Numbered from the stretch's first letter, positions 11,054 to 22,702 are shown. The stretch: 64,000 bases of DNA from Candidatus Bathyarchaeia archaeon (GCA_050012755.1 JBEKGO010000006.1:1-64000), one strand, 5' to 3'. Notes: a model not told the origin generated them from the sequence alone. A program made the numbers and translations.

Positions 11054-11685
11054 GTAACTTCATGCTCCCTAATCATATGTTTAATTCGTTTAGTTCGAAC
11101 AAACTCCTCACGGTCTTTTTCTTCTAAAACAAGCTCAATTTTCTTTGTAATGTTTCGGTACATAGGAATAAGAACATGATTCAGAGCGTTTACTCGACGC
11201 TGGGTCCTTCGGACGTCGTTAGCAATTTGAAAAGTTGTCCCTTCGGCTCTAGCTAAGTCAGCAATTATTTCCAACAAATTGTAGAAATGCTTAAACGATT
11301 TATCTAGCTCTGCACTTGTGTTGGCAAACCCGTAATCCGGCTTAGGATCAGATTCGCCATGAAAATTTACAATAGGAACGGTAACGCCCATAACGCTGCG
11401 GAAATCCAATAAAAAATCGGCTTCATAACTCGAACCCAAAGCTACATTGGCAACTGTTTCTGAACCATTAGCCATATTCGCTTCTTTTAGGCTTTGATAA
11501 GCTTTTGAAAGAGCCTCAGATAAATCTCCTCGGGTTCTTTCTGCATCATAAAGACTGTTTCTTAACTCACGAAGCAAAATGTCACGTTTGCGTTCAAGCA
11601 CTTCGCGCCCGGACTCTGCCAGATTTAAGGTTTTTTTTGTTTGAATTAAATTAATTCTTGTTGGGCTTATATTTTCAAGAGACAT
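11050..11685 (-). CDS. atpD: A-type ATP synthase subunit D
   Basis: PTRINL...LERKRD; TQRRVNALNHVLIP; LEEKDREEFVRTK. Confidence 0.96.
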   Translation of the reverse strand: MSLENISPTRINLIQTKKTLNLAESGREVLERKRDILLRELRNSLYDAERTRGDLSEALSKAYQSLKEANMANGSETVANVALGSSYEADFLLDFRSVMGVTVPIVNFHGESDPKPDYGFANTSAELDKSFKHFYNLLEIIADLARAEGTTFQIANDVRRTQRRVNALNHVLIPMYRNITKKIELVLEEKDREEFVRTKRIKHMIREHEVT

Positions 11686-11692
11686 TAATGCG

Positions 11693-13090
11693 TCACTTTA
11701 CCTCTTTTACGATTTTTGGAAAATATTTTTGGAGGTATTCAGGGTGTATCCTTGTCAGTTCTTCATCTGGCAAAATTGACAGCGTATCCCAAGCAATCGA
11801 AAGGGTCTGCTCAATTGATCTGTTCTCATTTTTGCCTTGATTAATCAGCTTCTTCTCGAAACGTTCACCAAACCGCAAGTAATCTTTATCCCTACTTCCC
11901 AAGCCTTCCTCGCCGATAATTGTGACCAGAGACTTCACTGAATTATACTGGGCATAAGCTGAATACAGTTGGCTTGCAACGTCAGCGTGGTCTTCTCTTG
12001 TGTGGTCTTTACCTATTCCATCCTTCATCAGCCTTGAAAGGCTTGTGGCGATGTTGATTGGGGGATAGATACCCTGTTTTTCCAGAGAGCGGGATAAAAC
12101 GATTTGGCCTTCAGTTATATAGCCTGTTAGGTCGGGAATGGGATGGGTTATGTCGTCGTTTGGCATAGTTAAAATTGGCATTTGTGTGATTGAACCTTTC
12201 TTGCCTGCAATTCTGCCTGCTCGCTCATATAGACTTGCAAGGTCACTGTACATGTAGCCTGGATAACCTTTCCTGCTGGGCACTTCCTCCATTGAAGCAC
12301 TAACCTCACGTAGTGCCTCGCAGTAGTTGGTCATATCTGTTAAAAGCACGAGCACATGTGAATCATGTTCAAATGCCAAATACTCTGCCAAAGTCAACCC
12401 AGTCCGTGGGGTGATGATTCGCTCAACAGGCGGGTCCTCTGCTAAGTTAAGGAACATTGCAACGTTTTTAATTGCGCCTGTTTCCTCGAAGCTTTTTTGG
12501 AAGAAAGCAGCATCATCATGTTCAAGCCCCATTGCAATAAAGACAACGTAGAATTCTTCGCCGCCTCCTCGAATCTGCGCTTGCCTCACAATTTGAGCGG
12601 CAAGATTATTGTGTGATAAGCCTGGACCGCTAAAGATTGGCAGCTTCTGTCCTCTAACAAGACTGGTTAAGCCATCAATGGCCGATATGCCCGTCTGGAT
12701 AAAATCCTGTGGATATTCTCTTGCAATGGGATTCAGAGGCAAACCATTTACGTCACGTCGTTCCTCAGTGAAAAATCTGGGGTAACCATCAATTGGTTCG
12801 CCGAAACTGTCCATTATACGACCAAGCATTTCTGTGGACACAGGCACTTCTAGAGGTTTTCCTAGAAAACGTGTACGTGTTTCCGAAGGCGATAAACCTG
12901 TTGTACCTTCAAAAACTTGTACGGTTACGGCTTTCTGAGTTACTTCAATAACTTTACCCAAACGCGTTTCTCCACTTTGAGTTTTCACGGACACAAGCTC
13001 GTCAAAACCAACGTCACGAACATTCTCCACGATGATTATTGGTCCAGAAATTGAAGCGACGCCTTTGTACTCTAATCCACTGCCCACCAT
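11693..13090 (-). CDS. atpB: A-type ATP synthase subunit B
   Basis: [43 protein letters not shown]. Confidence 0.98.
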   Translation of the reverse strand: MVGSGLEYKGVASISGPIIIVENVRDVGFDELVSVKTQSGETRLGKVIEVTQKAVTVQVFEGTTGLSPSETRTRFLGKPLEVPVSTEMLGRIMDSFGEPIDGYPRFFTEERRDVNGLPLNPIAREYPQDFIQTGISAIDGLTSLVRGQKLPIFSGPGLSHNNLAAQIVRQAQIRGGGEEFYVVFIAMGLEHDDAAFFQKSFEETGAIKNVAMFLNLAEDPPVERIITPRTGLTLAEYLAFEHDSHVLVLLTDMTNYCEALREVSASMEEVPSRKGYPGYMYSDLASLYERAGRIAGKKGSITQMPILTMPNDDITHPIPDLTGYITEGQIVLSRSLEKQGIYPPINIATSLSRLMKDGIGKDHTREDHADVASQLYSAYAQYNSVKSLVTIIGEEGLGSRDKDYLRFGERFEKKLINQGKNENRSIEQTLSIAWDTLSILPDEELTRIHPEYLQKYFPKIVKEVK

Positions 13091-13095
13091 AGGTT

Positions 13096-14865
13096 TTACC
13101 TCAAGCTTGCCTCCAGTCCATTAAAATGCTGCTTCATCCGTTTCTCCAAATCGTCCAGTTGATTGATCTTGTCGTTTGCCACTGAAGTTTTCATGCGCAT
13201 AATTTCTTCTGTTATGGGCAACTGAGTGATTTTGAAGATTGGTGCACCCTTGTTTACTACTCGCTCAGCCAAACTATGGAAATCCAAAATTAGCTTTAAC
13301 ATTTTGAATTGTTTTTGTGGAGAGCAGTAAGTATCCACAGGATCTAAAGCGTTCTGCTGAAGGAAAGCTATTCGGATTATTCGGGCTGTTTCCAAAATTA
13401 ATCTTTGGCGGTCAGGCAGAGCTTCTGGACCGACTAGCTTAACAATGTTTTTTAAGTCATCTTCAGCCTGCAATATCCGCATTGCCTCTTCACGGTAACT
13501 GTTCCAGTCTTTATCCACCTTATCATGCCACCAGCCTGCCAATTCGCTGATATAGCCGCTGTAACTTTGAATCCAGTTAATCGCTGGATAATGCCTTTCA
13601 TCCGCTAATTCAGAGTCTAAAGCCCAGAAAACCCGCGTAAAACGTTTCGTGTGCTGTGTTACCGGTTCAGAAAAATCGCCGCCAGGAGGAGAAACTGCAC
13701 CTATCGCACAAATTGATCCGACTCGTTTTTCTTCGCCTAGGGATTCAACGACGCCAGTTCGTTCGTAAAATTCTGCGAGTCGTGACGGCAAATAGCTTGG
13801 GAAGCCCTCTTCGGCAGGCATCTCTTCGAGTCTTCCTGAGACTTCTCTTAGCGCTTCTGCCCATCGACTGGTGGAGTCTGCCATTAAAGCTACGGCGTAG
13901 CCCATGTCTCGGTAGTATTCAGCGATGGTTATGCCCGTGTAGATGCTTGCTTCCCGAGCGGAGACGGGCATGTTGCTTGTGTTAGCGATTAGTATTGTTC
14001 GCTCCATGAGCGGGTGTCCACTTGTAGGATCAACTAACTTGGGAAAGCTAGTCAGCACGTCCACCATTTCGTTTCCACGTTCCCCGCAACCCACATAAAT
14101 GATCAAGTTTGCATCCGACCATTTTGCTAGTTGCTGTTGAGTGATGGTTTTACCTGTGCCGAAGCCGCCTGGGATTGCAGCGCTTCCGCCTTTAGCAATT
14201 GGAAAAAACGTGTCTATTACACGTTGCCCAGTGATTAAGGGCGTGGATGGTGCTAGCCTTCGACTGTGAGGTCTAGGTTTTCTCACAGGCCATTTCTGCA
14301 ACATTGATAGTTCGGTTTTTAAGCCGTCAGATTCAATTGTGCCTATTGTCTCTGTGATGGTATAGTCGCCTTGCGGGGCAACTTGAATTAGTTTGCCTTG
14401 CAGAGTCGGTGGTACCATTATTAGATGTTCAAGTAAAGCTGTTTCTGTTACTGTTCCGATGACGGCACCGCTGGCAAGCTTATCGCCAACCTTTGCCTTA
14501 GGCTTGAAAGACCATTTTTTATTTCTTGAAAGAGACGGCACTCGACGGACTTGTTTTATGAATGAGCCAGTAATTGCCCTTAGCTCTTCCAGAGGTCTTT
14601 GGATTCCATCAAAAACGTTTCCAACTAATCCTGGAGCCAGCTCAACTGAAAGCGGCTTTCCAGTTCCTAAAACAGGCTCGTTAAGTTTTAATCCTGAAGT
14701 ATTTTGGTAAACTTGAATAGTTGCACGTTCGCCATCTAAACGAATAATTTCCCCAATTAATCCTTCCACACCTACTTCAACCAGTTCATGCATTACAGCC
14801 TGCTCCATGCCTTTGGCTTCGACAACTGGTCCTGCGACTCGAATAACGCTGCCTTTCGCGGACAC
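13096..14865 (-). CDS. atpA: A-type ATP synthase catalytic subunit A
   Basis: P-loop [28 protein letters not shown]. Start placed at GTG 14865 after GGAGG. Confidence 0.97.
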   Translation of the reverse strand: MSAKGSVIRVAGPVVEAKGMEQAVMHELVEVGVEGLIGEIIRLDGERATIQVYQNTSGLKLNEPVLGTGKPLSVELAPGLVGNVFDGIQRPLEELRAITGSFIKQVRRVPSLSRNKKWSFKPKAKVGDKLASGAVIGTVTETALLEHLIMVPPTLQGKLIQVAPQGDYTITETIGTIESDGLKTELSMLQKWPVRKPRPHSRRLAPSTPLITGQRVIDTFFPIAKGGSAAIPGGFGTGKTITQQQLAKWSDANLIIYVGCGERGNEMVDVLTSFPKLVDPTSGHPLMERTILIANTSNMPVSAREASIYTGITIAEYYRDMGYAVALMADSTSRWAEALREVSGRLEEMPAEEGFPSYLPSRLAEFYERTGVVESLGEEKRVGSICAIGAVSPPGGDFSEPVTQHTKRFTRVFWALDSELADERHYPAINWIQSYSGYISELAGWWHDKVDKDWNSYREEAMRILQAEDDLKNIVKLVGPEALPDRQRLILETARIIRIAFLQQNALDPVDTYCSPQKQFKMLKLILDFHSLAERVVNKGAPIFKITQLPITEEIMRMKTSVANDKINQLDDLEKRMKQHFNGLEASLR

Positions 14866-14869
14866 TTTT

Positions 14870-15490
14870 CTATGCCTCCTCTTCAAACAATATTTTCGCC
14901 ACTTCAACACGTAAAACGGGCTTAAGTTCCCGTAACCTGTTATCTATGGTGTTATCATAGGTTATTTTGCCATCTTCGGTTTCGATTTTGCAGCCGCCGA
15001 TGAATTTTTCGGTTTTGCCTGAAAAAGTGAGTTTACAATTAAGCTTCTTACTCAAAGCGTTTAGAGCGGTTTGCTTTAGCAAAGTTTTGTCTTTGGCGTT
15101 CACTTGCATCAAAAGGTTTTTGCTGTTAATTCGCTTAACTGCTTGTTCGATTAAGTTAAGCAGATAATCATTGTATTCTTTTGTTGTCGTGAATTCTTCA
15201 AGTTTAGTGAGGGTTTTCTCGAAGGCGGCATCAACTAGTTCTTCTTTTGTTTGAAGCAGACGATTTCTGATTTCTACTTCAGTTACGGAAGCGATTTTTC
15301 GCCGCTCATTTTCGGCTTTTCCTTTGGCTTGGGTTATTATGGTTTGATAGTTTTGGTCAGCTTGTTCTTTTGCTGTGTTTAAGATTTGTTTGGCTTCGGT
15401 TTCAGCCTTTAAGACTATGGCTTGCGCTTCTTTTTGCACATCCTCTAAAACCTCGTTTGTAATCGCCAAGAGACCGTCTTTTATGCTCAA
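14870..15490 (-). CDS. atpE: A-type ATP synthase subunit E
   Basis: Long N-terminal helix; IGGCKIETEDGKITYDNTIDNRL. Confidence 0.93.
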   Translation of the reverse strand: MSIKDGLLAITNEVLEDVQKEAQAIVLKAETEAKQILNTAKEQADQNYQTIITQAKGKAENERRKIASVTEVEIRNRLLQTKEELVDAAFEKTLTKLEEFTTTKEYNDYLLNLIEQAVKRINSKNLLMQVNAKDKTLLKQTALNALSKKLNCKLTFSGKTEKFIGGCKIETEDGKITYDNTIDNRLRELKPVLRVEVAKILFEEEA

Positions 15491-15502
15491 GTTTAATCGC
15501 CT

Positions 15503-15811
15503 TTATACTCTCACGCCTAGAGTTTTGCTGATCAGGTCAGACATTTTTGTTTCGCTTGGTTTTCCCTTGCTTCCTGGTATTTCTACAATTAGTGGGTTTC
15601 TGCGTTCTCGGCGGACCTCATCGATTGTCTCACGGATTGGCGTTTGAGTTGAGAAATCTTCGCTTATGATTACGATTGCCAAGTCACTACGCTCAAGCGC
15701 TTTGTTTAAGGCTTTTGATGCCCCATCAACAGAAGTTGCTTCAACACCTTCAACACCCACAAGTCGAAAACCAGTAATCATGTCGCTGTCCCCGATAACA
15801 AAACCAAGCAT
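15503..15811 (-). CDS. atpF: A-type ATP synthase subunit F
   Basis: VIGDSDMITGFRLVGV...PLIVEIP. Confidence 0.95.
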   Translation of the reverse strand: MLGFVIGDSDMITGFRLVGVEGVEATSVDGASKALNKALERSDLAIVIISEDFSTQTPIRETIDEVRRERRNPLIVEIPGSKGKPSETKMSDLISKTLGVRV

Positions 15812-16042
15812 GCTACTCGCCTAATGAACTTTAAATTCAGTACCTAATAAAGTGCGATGCCCACAAGCGCGCTAACTTCAGAAGCAAAACGACTCTAATT
15901 TAAGTCGCATTTCTCTTCTCATGTAAGGTACCGGTTGAAATTCTAATTATTTATCGCAAAATATTCAATGAGGGCTTCTTAAATTTAGCTCAGACAAATT
16001 AACCTTTAAATGCTTAGCTTAACCACATTTTGTTAGGAGATT

Positions 16043-18049
16043 ATGCTCCGCCCTGAACGAATGACTTTTACGTCAATAATTTGCGTCAGAAAAGACATTG
16101 AATCGGTACTGGAAGCGCTAAGTAGCTTCGGTGAATTCCATATAGATCTAGCCTCCGAAGGAAACACAAGCCTTACCGATTACAGCCAGAGCATCCAGAA
16201 AACTGAAGACTCTCTAATAAATGTAAACGAGTTAACTAAACAACTTTGTCCAGAAAAGCCAGGCTTGTTTGACATTTTCAGATTGCCCAAAATAACAAAA
16301 ACACAGGTAACGGCAGAAAACTGGCAAACCCTCTTAGAATCTACTATCGAACAAGTTTTAACGTTGAAAAAAGAGGTTGATGTTCTTAACAATTCTTTGT
16401 CTGCCCTGCAAGAAAAAACCGCTCAACTCAACCACCTCAAAGACATGTTAACAACGATAGATAGCATGGGAGCAGACCTTCAAGTTATGGAAGAATTAAA
16501 GCTGATACACATCACCATTGCAAGCGTCCCGCACAAAAATCTAGATGGACTCAAAACTGCGTTAGCTGGTTTTCCAATTATTCTTAACCGTTGTTACTCA
16601 GCCGAAGTCAACGACTTTGTATGTTTAGCCATGACAAGCAAACACCGCAGTGAAATAGAAAGAATTCTAAAAATACATCACTCCGACATCTTTGAAATCC
16701 CTCAAAACTTGCCGCACAATGCACCTGAGGCGCTCAAAGAAGTTAACAAGCAAATAAAGGAAAATCTGCATAGGGAAAAAAAGATTTTGAACGAGCTAAA
16801 TAAGTTGGGCAAAAAAAACAATAACAAACTTGTTTCATGGCATGAAGTCACGGATAACATTCTTACTCTACTTCAAGCAAAAAGTAAAATCTTGGAGTCT
16901 GGACGGCTGGCAACAGTCAAAGGGTTTGTGTCTCAGAAAAAGTTCAATGCGCTCACCAAAAAAATCCACGGAATGCTTGGAGAAAAAGTTTTGGTGTTGG
17001 AAAACGAGACGTCTGAAGTTGAAGATCCACCGACAAAGTTTAGCCACAGCAGGTTTATCTCGCCTTTTGAAGAACTCACCAAACTTTATGGCGTTCCGCA
17101 TTATGAAGAGGTTGATCCAACACCATTTATGGCGTTGACTTTCCCGCTTATTTTCGGTTTAATGTTCGGCGATGTTGGACACGGGTTAATCCTATTGGTC
17201 GGTGGATTAACGCTTGGAATACTGATTAAGAAAAATCAAGCAATAAGAAATATGTGTTGGATTTTAGCTGCTTGCGGAGTCGGCGCAATAGTAGCGGGAG
17301 CATTGTATGGAGAATTCTTTGGGACCGAGCTATTTCATCCTTTATGGCTTAACCCTTTCAACCCTATTAATAACGTGTTCATGTTTCTTATTTTCAGCCT
17401 ATTTATTGGAATAATGCAAATCATGAGCGGCTTAGCATTAGAAATGGTGAACTTCCTGTTTAGGCGGAACTTCGCTGATGCGGTTTTAACTTCGCTTCCA
17501 AAAATGGCGTTTTACGCTGGCGCTGTTACCCTTGTCGCAGTTTATCAGTTAAATTTTGCTGCATGGTTCAATGGCCCAATTTTGCTTGTAATTGTGCCGT
17601 TTGTAGTTATGGTTTTTGCGAAGCCCACATTTTCAATAATGCAAAATTTTTCTCTGCGTGCCGTTGATTCGCAAAATGGAAAGACATCTTTTGGTCAAAG
17701 GCTTTTTGAAAGCGGAGATTTAGTTACACGTTTACTTAGTAACACTATTTCTTACACCCGAATTCTTGCTTTGCTTATGGCGCATTGGGCATTAATTCTT
17801 GTAACGTACACCGTTGCGGGATTAGTTGGTACAGCTTCCCTTTTAGGATTAATAATAAGTGGCGTAGTAATTGTTGGCGGAAACATATTTGTTCTTGCAC
17901 TTGAAGGGCTAATTGTTTTTATCCATACAATAAGGTTGCATTTTTATGAGTGGTTCAGCAAATTTTATCAAGGTAACGGGACCGAGTTCAAGGCTTTTAA
18001 GCAAAACTACGTCTATACCGAAGTTGTTCCTCATCAAAAAAAGAGTTAA
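16043..18049 (+). CDS. atpI: A-type ATP synthase subunit I (a)
   Basis: [26 protein letters not shown] (essential Arg), [12 protein letters not shown]. Confidence 0.97.
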   Translation: MLRPERMTFTSIICVRKDIESVLEALSSFGEFHIDLASEGNTSLTDYSQSIQKTEDSLINVNELTKQLCPEKPGLFDIFRLPKITKTQVTAENWQTLLESTIEQVLTLKKEVDVLNNSLSALQEKTAQLNHLKDMLTTIDSMGADLQVMEELKLIHITIASVPHKNLDGLKTALAGFPIILNRCYSAEVNDFVCLAMTSKHRSEIERILKIHHSDIFEIPQNLPHNAPEALKEVNKQIKENLHREKKILNELNKLGKKNNNKLVSWHEVTDNILTLLQAKSKILESGRLATVKGFVSQKKFNALTKKIHGMLGEKVLVLENETSEVEDPPTKFSHSRFISPFEELTKLYGVPHYEEVDPTPFMALTFPLIFGLMFGDVGHGLILLVGGLTLGILIKKNQAIRNMCWILAACGVGAIVAGALYGEFFGTELFHPLWLNPFNPINNVFMFLIFSLFIGIMQIMSGLALEMVNFLFRRNFADAVLTSLPKMAFYAGAVTLVAVYQLNFAAWFNGPILLVIVPFVVMVFAKPTFSIMQNFSLRAVDSQNGKTSFGQRLFESGDLVTRLLSNTISYTRILALLMAHWALILVTYTVAGLVGTASLLGLIISGVVIVGGNIFVLALEGLIVFIHTIRLHFYEWFSKFYQGNGTEFKAFKQNYVYTEVVPHQKKS

Positions 18050-19098
18050 AGTGACAGTTGAGTCTGTATGTCCTCGGGCTTAACTGCAGCTTCCACACCT
18101 GAACTTATTGCAGTAAGATTATGCACTTCAACTTCTTTCTGCGTCAAGTAAGAAAGGGGTGAGCCAAGATTGAAATTTTCGCTGACTCTGCTAGCTTTAG
18201 CATGTTCCAGTATTGCTTTTTTGAAGGCTTTTTCAGCATTTGCCAATGTGTCTTCAGGATTTTGTGTCCTTACAAAGAATCCTCCATAGTAACTATCGAG
18301 GGCAATTTTAAGGGCGGATTCAAAATCAACAGCCGTTACCATTTCCTCAACTGTGTCAGCATAAATGTTAAAATTGTCAGGCGGCACTGCAAGTCTAAGC
18401 CAATTGGGATCATAATTTAGATTTTTCCCTCTTAAAAGAGTCAATAAAGTAAAGCCGTCATTTTCCATGCTCGCATAAAAATATGCCTTAGCTTTCTCGT
18501 TTTTTGAGAGACTAACATAGCTGCTATAGAGTTTTTCGTGAAATACCTTATCTATGAGCACATCGAGGCAAGTTGTTGAGCCATCTTCTTCATAACTTTG
18601 CTGCCCCATACCTAGAGCTAATGCGTATTCCGTTCGTTTTAGGACATTAACTATTTGCTTTATAGTTTCGGCTTTAGCCGCTTCCTCAATCACCGCTCGG
18701 TTTTTAAGGTAATCCTCAGCCGAAAGGTATAATTTTGCTAGTTTTTGTTCGCGGTTGAGTTTTGCGTTTGTAGTTTTTATGAGGGTCTTTATGTTTTCAG
18801 CTTCAAACCTGTAAAGGTATAAGCTGAGATATTTTGCGGATTGCCTAGGCGAATTCTTGATTATTTTCACTGTTGTTGCAATCAGGTTTTCATGAAAGGC
18901 TCTTTCAAGAGTGCGGCTTGTAAGCGGCAAAGGCAATTTAGTTATTTGTTCTTGGTAGCTGGTATCTCGGAGTTGTGCTGATAGTTCTGAGAGTTTTTTG
19001 GTTTCTGTAAGTGTCTTGATTTTTGCTTCACTGAGCAGTTTGCTTCTTTCTGCCCCGATTTTGGCTAAAACCTGAGCGTAGCGTGTTGTCTGCGTCAA
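18046..19098 (-). CDS. atpC: A-type ATP synthase subunit C
   Basis: YAQVLAKIGAERSKLL, FEAENIKTLIK, YLTQKEVEVHNL. Confidence 0.9.
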   Translation of the reverse strand: MTQTTRYAQVLAKIGAERSKLLSEAKIKTLTETKKLSELSAQLRDTSYQEQITKLPLPLTSRTLERAFHENLIATTVKIIKNSPRQSAKYLSLYLYRFEAENIKTLIKTTNAKLNREQKLAKLYLSAEDYLKNRAVIEEAAKAETIKQIVNVLKRTEYALALGMGQQSYEEDGSTTCLDVLIDKVFHEKLYSSYVSLSKNEKAKAYFYASMENDGFTLLTLLRGKNLNYDPNWLRLAVPPDNFNIYADTVEEMVTAVDFESALKIALDSYYGGFFVRTQNPEDTLANAEKAFKKAILEHAKASRVSENFNLGSPLSYLTQKEVEVHNLTAISSGVEAAVKPEDIQTQLSL

Positions 19099-19415
19099 GG
19101 TTTTGTTTCACCGAGCACTGCCTTCATCGCTGCTGAGGATGCTTGTTCCATGCGTTTTTCCGCTTGCGTTTTTAGTTTCTCTGTAGCTTTTTGGCTGGCT
19201 TTTATTTGTTCGTCACGGTTGTGGTTGGCTTCGTCGATGCTACCATTGTATAGACGTTGAGCTTCTTCTTGGGCGTAAGTCTTGCTGTTTGCAAGTAACT
19301 TTTCAGCTTCTTGCTTTGATAGTTCGGTTAATGTTTTGGATTTGTTCTGGGCTTCGCTTCGAATTTGTTCTGCTTGCTCTTCGATTTTTTTGAGTTCTTC
19401 CCAGACCTTCTCCAT
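19095..19415 (-). CDS. atpH: A-type ATP synthase subunit H (peripheral stalk)
   Basis: 106-aa E/K/A-rich helix overlapping the atpC start. Confidence 0.8.
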   Translation of the reverse strand: MEKVWEELKKIEEQAEQIRSEAQNKSKTLTELSKQEAEKLLANSKTYAQEEAQRLYNGSIDEANHNRDEQIKASQKATEKLKTQAEKRMEQASSAAMKAVLGETKP

Positions 19416-19619
19416 TATTCCACCAGTATGCTAGGGGTTGTGTGGTTTCTAAACTTTTTGTGTTTCTTAAATATTGAACATCGTAATGTTAATCAAATTG
19501 AATCGAGTTGCACTTTTTCGGCAATCGTAGGCATTTTACTACGTTGTTTTCCGAGTGAATTGGGAAAAGGCATTTAAAAAGGGTGACATAAGCTAGATGA
19601 AAAGCTGGACGATTAATTA

Positions 19620-20585
19620 ATGGTGAAGAAAAAGGAAGACCCAAAAAAACTCAATCTTGAAAGAATAAAACTTGATTTGAGTTTTGACTATCATTCTTCA
19701 CGATTCTTTTCCCTTCTTTTCTTAGGAATTTACGCAGTCGCTATAACTATTTTCTGCGTGGAATACAAAATTATTCCAGGACCCGAATTTCTTGTTATAG
19801 GCATATTGTTTTACGCATCTTATAATCAACGAACATGGCGTGCCTTAAAGGATTGGCTTCCATTCGTCACAGTGTTCATTTCCTATGAAATCATGTATAG
19901 TGTCGTTGGCAGCATTGACATGGATATTCTTCATGCGGGACCACGCATTTTTGATATCCGATTGTTCGGACAGATCCCTACCCTGATTCTTCAGCAAAAT
20001 TTTAGGTTTCCAGCTTTAGATTACATCGGAGCAGTTTTCTATGGAATATATTTCTTTGTACCCACAATCTTTGCTTTTGTTCTTTGGAAGAAAAGCCCCA
20101 AAAATTACTGGAAATACATCATTGCTTTCGGAGTATTAACCTATGCCGCATTGCTAACCTTTCTCTTTTACCCTGTTGCGCCCCCATGGTTCACTTATAG
20201 CTCCACTTTTAACCCTGCATATTCAGGACCGCAAGTAATCAGAATCTTGACAGGCTCAGTGGATGTCAATCTAGGACTCCCTGTATACAAAACCTTATTT
20301 GATTTTCTAAGCCCAAACATCTTTGCAGCCTTTCCCAGCATGCATTCAGCTATGCCTTGGCTGGTTTTTCTTTTTGCCTTCAAAGTGTGGAAGTGGAAGT
20401 CTCTCCCAGTCGCAATTATTCCGGTTGGAACATGGTTTAGCGCAGTCTACCTCGGAGAACACTATTTCATGGATGTGCTAGGAGGAATCGCCTACGCTAC
20501 AATCGCGTTTATTGCAGTAGAGAGACTCTTGCCACTGCTAACTGCAAGGATTAACTTTTTACAGAAACATGTCCCTACCGAGTAA
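19620..20585 (+). CDS. PAP2-superfamily membrane enzyme (Aur1/IPC-synthase-like)
   Basis: Multi-TM; YPVAPPW, AAFPSMH, HYFMD motifs. Confidence 0.85.
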   Translation: MVKKKEDPKKLNLERIKLDLSFDYHSSRFFSLLFLGIYAVAITIFCVEYKIIPGPEFLVIGILFYASYNQRTWRALKDWLPFVTVFISYEIMYSVVGSIDMDILHAGPRIFDIRLFGQIPTLILQQNFRFPALDYIGAVFYGIYFFVPTIFAFVLWKKSPKNYWKYIIAFGVLTYAALLTFLFYPVAPPWFTYSSTFNPAYSGPQVIRILTGSVDVNLGLPVYKTLFDFLSPNIFAAFPSMHSAMPWLVFLFAFKVWKWKSLPVAIIPVGTWFSAVYLGEHYFMDVLGGIAYATIAFIAVERLLPLLTARINFLQKHVPTE

Positions 20586-20690
20586 CAAGCAGCTTCTTAA
20601 AAAACAGGCAACCTATTTCCATCAAAAATTTATACGCGAAATTCAATTTATAAAGTAGTGACGATTTTTATAGGCAAAAAATAACTCTAG

Positions 20691-20965
20691 AGAGAAGATT
20701 ATAGGGACAATTGTTATGACTGCAAATTTGTGGCGAACAACGAAGAACCTGTAAATCCAAAAATACTTAACGATGAAGGCGGCGTTGACCCACAAAACGA
20801 AGAAGAAATGAATCGAGCAAAAAAAGCTGACTTAATTACTCTTCCTGGCGGCTCCAAAGCTATGCAATAACCAAAAAGTTATGTTACAATAATAGCATAA
20901 AAATGTACATTACAGTTCGGAAGTGCTATGGGTATTGGGACAATGACGGCGTTAAGAGACCGTGA
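20691..20965 (+). pseudogene. Frameshifted Cys-containing small protein
   Basis: NCYDCKF...KADLITLPGGSKA in one frame continues after a 1-nt slip as AITKKLCYNNSIKMYITVRKCYGYWDNDGVKRP*. Confidence 0.5.
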
Positions 20966-21023
20966 AAAAGACTGAAAAGCTGAAGATCAAAAAAAATAAG
21001 TCTTTAAAAGCAATTTTGAAGGG

Positions 21024-21620
21024 TCACTTTACTGAAACAAAGCGGTTGCCTTTTATATAAAATCTCCAAGGTTTATTTTTCCATTCGCCTGCATAATCTA
21101 CGCCAACCCGTGTGGTTTCCACAATTTCCTCTTTGGGAACAGGTAAAGCGCAATTTACGTACAGGGACGGAGCAGTTAGATCCGCTTTATTTTGAAGTTT
21201 GGATATGCTCATAGCCATACATAGCTTGCTGGGACCATTTGTCAAGTTAGCAGACTTTCCCTCAGCTACTCCTCGACGCTTTGCCATAAGATCTTCGCCA
21301 GCGACTGGTTCAAGCGCCCTGAATAGAACAGCTTCCGGTTTTCCAGGCACTGCACCCGCCGTTACGTTGAAGCACCAATACAAACCGTAGATGAAATAGA
21401 CGTATGCATGGCCTTTTGGTCCATACATAACCTCGTTTCTGGCTGTTCGACGACCGCCAGAACTGTGAGCTGCTTGATCTTCAGGTCCCATGTAAGCTTC
21501 CGTCTCAACTATTCTGCCTACAGTGATGCCATCAACGGATTCATGAACCAGAATTTTTCCAAGAAGCCCACTTGCGACCGTCTTTACTTCTTGTTGGTAG
21601 AACGTTCTTTCCAAAATCAT
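21024..21620 (-). CDS. mpg: DNA-3-methyladenine glycosylase (AAG/MPG family)
   Basis: GRIVETEAY, AYVYFIYG, AVLFRALEP, NGPSKLC, RVGV, PWRF. Confidence 0.95.
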   Translation of the reverse strand: MILERTFYQQEVKTVASGLLGKILVHESVDGITVGRIVETEAYMGPEDQAAHSSGGRRTARNEVMYGPKGHAYVYFIYGLYWCFNVTAGAVPGKPEAVLFRALEPVAGEDLMAKRRGVAEGKSANLTNGPSKLCMAMSISKLQNKADLTAPSLYVNCALPVPKEEIVETTRVGVDYAGEWKNKPWRFYIKGNRFVSVK

Positions 21621-21741
21621 ACTTTTGGGTTAACTGCTGTCAACCAAATAAGCTTGCCTATAGTTTTGGCTGCTTTATCAGTATTCAAAAAGAGGCAATG
21701 GAATAACTGCAATTCGTTCGTAGCAGAAAGTTTTTAGTGGC

Positions 21742-22161
21742 TTAACGGTTTCCATATCTTTTCTTCATGCAGGCTTGACAAAAATTCTTTCTATACCGCC
21801 TTATTCTTTGCGGGTGAAAGACTTTGCCGCAGGAACTGCATTTGATTTGTGATGTCTGAACAGGATCAAGCAGTTTTAATCTTCTTTCAATTTCAGCTTT
21901 TATCACGGAATCATTTTCCGCTTTCAAAGCAGCATTCAACAAAACTTTTGCTTGCTCTAAGCTTTTATTTCCAAAAAGCTTCAAGAAAACGCTATCTGTC
22001 TTTCCAGCACCCAATTTTAAAGGAAGCATGCAGACAAAGTTTGATGGGTAACTTTCCGATTTACTGAAGTCCACTACAGCGAAACGGAAGTTCCTTTGAA
22101 ACGGATTATCTTCCTTGCTATTTAACTCGAAAACCTGCAGTCCCATATTCATTTTAGTCAA
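21742..22161 (-). CDS. Hypothetical protein with C-terminal zinc ribbon
   Basis: CSSCGK...FCQAC. Confidence 0.75.
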   Translation of the reverse strand: MTKMNMGLQVFELNSKEDNPFQRNFRFAVVDFSKSESYPSNFVCMLPLKLGAGKTDSVFLKLFGNKSLEQAKVLLNAALKAENDSVIKAEIERRLKLLDPVQTSQIKCSSCGKVFHPQRIRRYRKNFCQACMKKRYGNR

Positions 22162-22352
22162 GACTTAACACTTAGAGTAAAGCAAGATTAATATCTATAC
22201 CTCAAAATTCTGTCGCTTATTAAGATAGCGTTTGGCTTTTTCCCATCAATTACTTATTAGGCCATTTGATTTTACTTCATCATTCGCGTCTGACTGAAGA
22301 AAAGGCTCTTAACGAGCGTTTTGTTTTTAATTTAACGAATTGTAAAACTGAA

Positions 22353-22469
22353 CTATCTCTTAACACATTTTCCTGTAGCTGGGTCATAATGGTTACTTTT
22401 TGAGTAATCACAGTTTTTGCAATCGTCTTTTATGTCTTGTCCAAATGGACAATCTTTCAAATCTGCCAT
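22353..22469 (-). CDS. 38-aa four-Cys microprotein (not in ORF track)
   Basis: AGGTGA RBS, then MADLKDCPFGQDIKDDCKNCDYSKSNHYDPATGKCVKR*. Confidence 0.65.
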   Translation of the reverse strand: MADLKDCPFGQDIKDDCKNCDYSKSNHYDPATGKCVKR

Positions 22470-22702
22470 TCAAATCACCTTACAAGTTCGTTATTGTTGC
22501 TTTTAATGTAAATTTGTCATATAAAAGCTGAGTCCTATGAGGCAGACTTTTTGCACAATTTACGTATGATCTATCTGAAAGCAATATGAAGTTAACTTTT
22601 TTCATTTTTGTATGTACTGCCTTAGCGCTTATTCAATAGTTCTAGAGCTTTTTTGCAAAAACGTTAAATGGAGTACTTAACACAAAGGAGTGGGGAGATT
22701 GT

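Noticed and set aside
13096-14910. Intein or N-terminal extension in AtpA
   Set aside because: Length and motifs are continuous; the extension disappears using the GTG at 14865.
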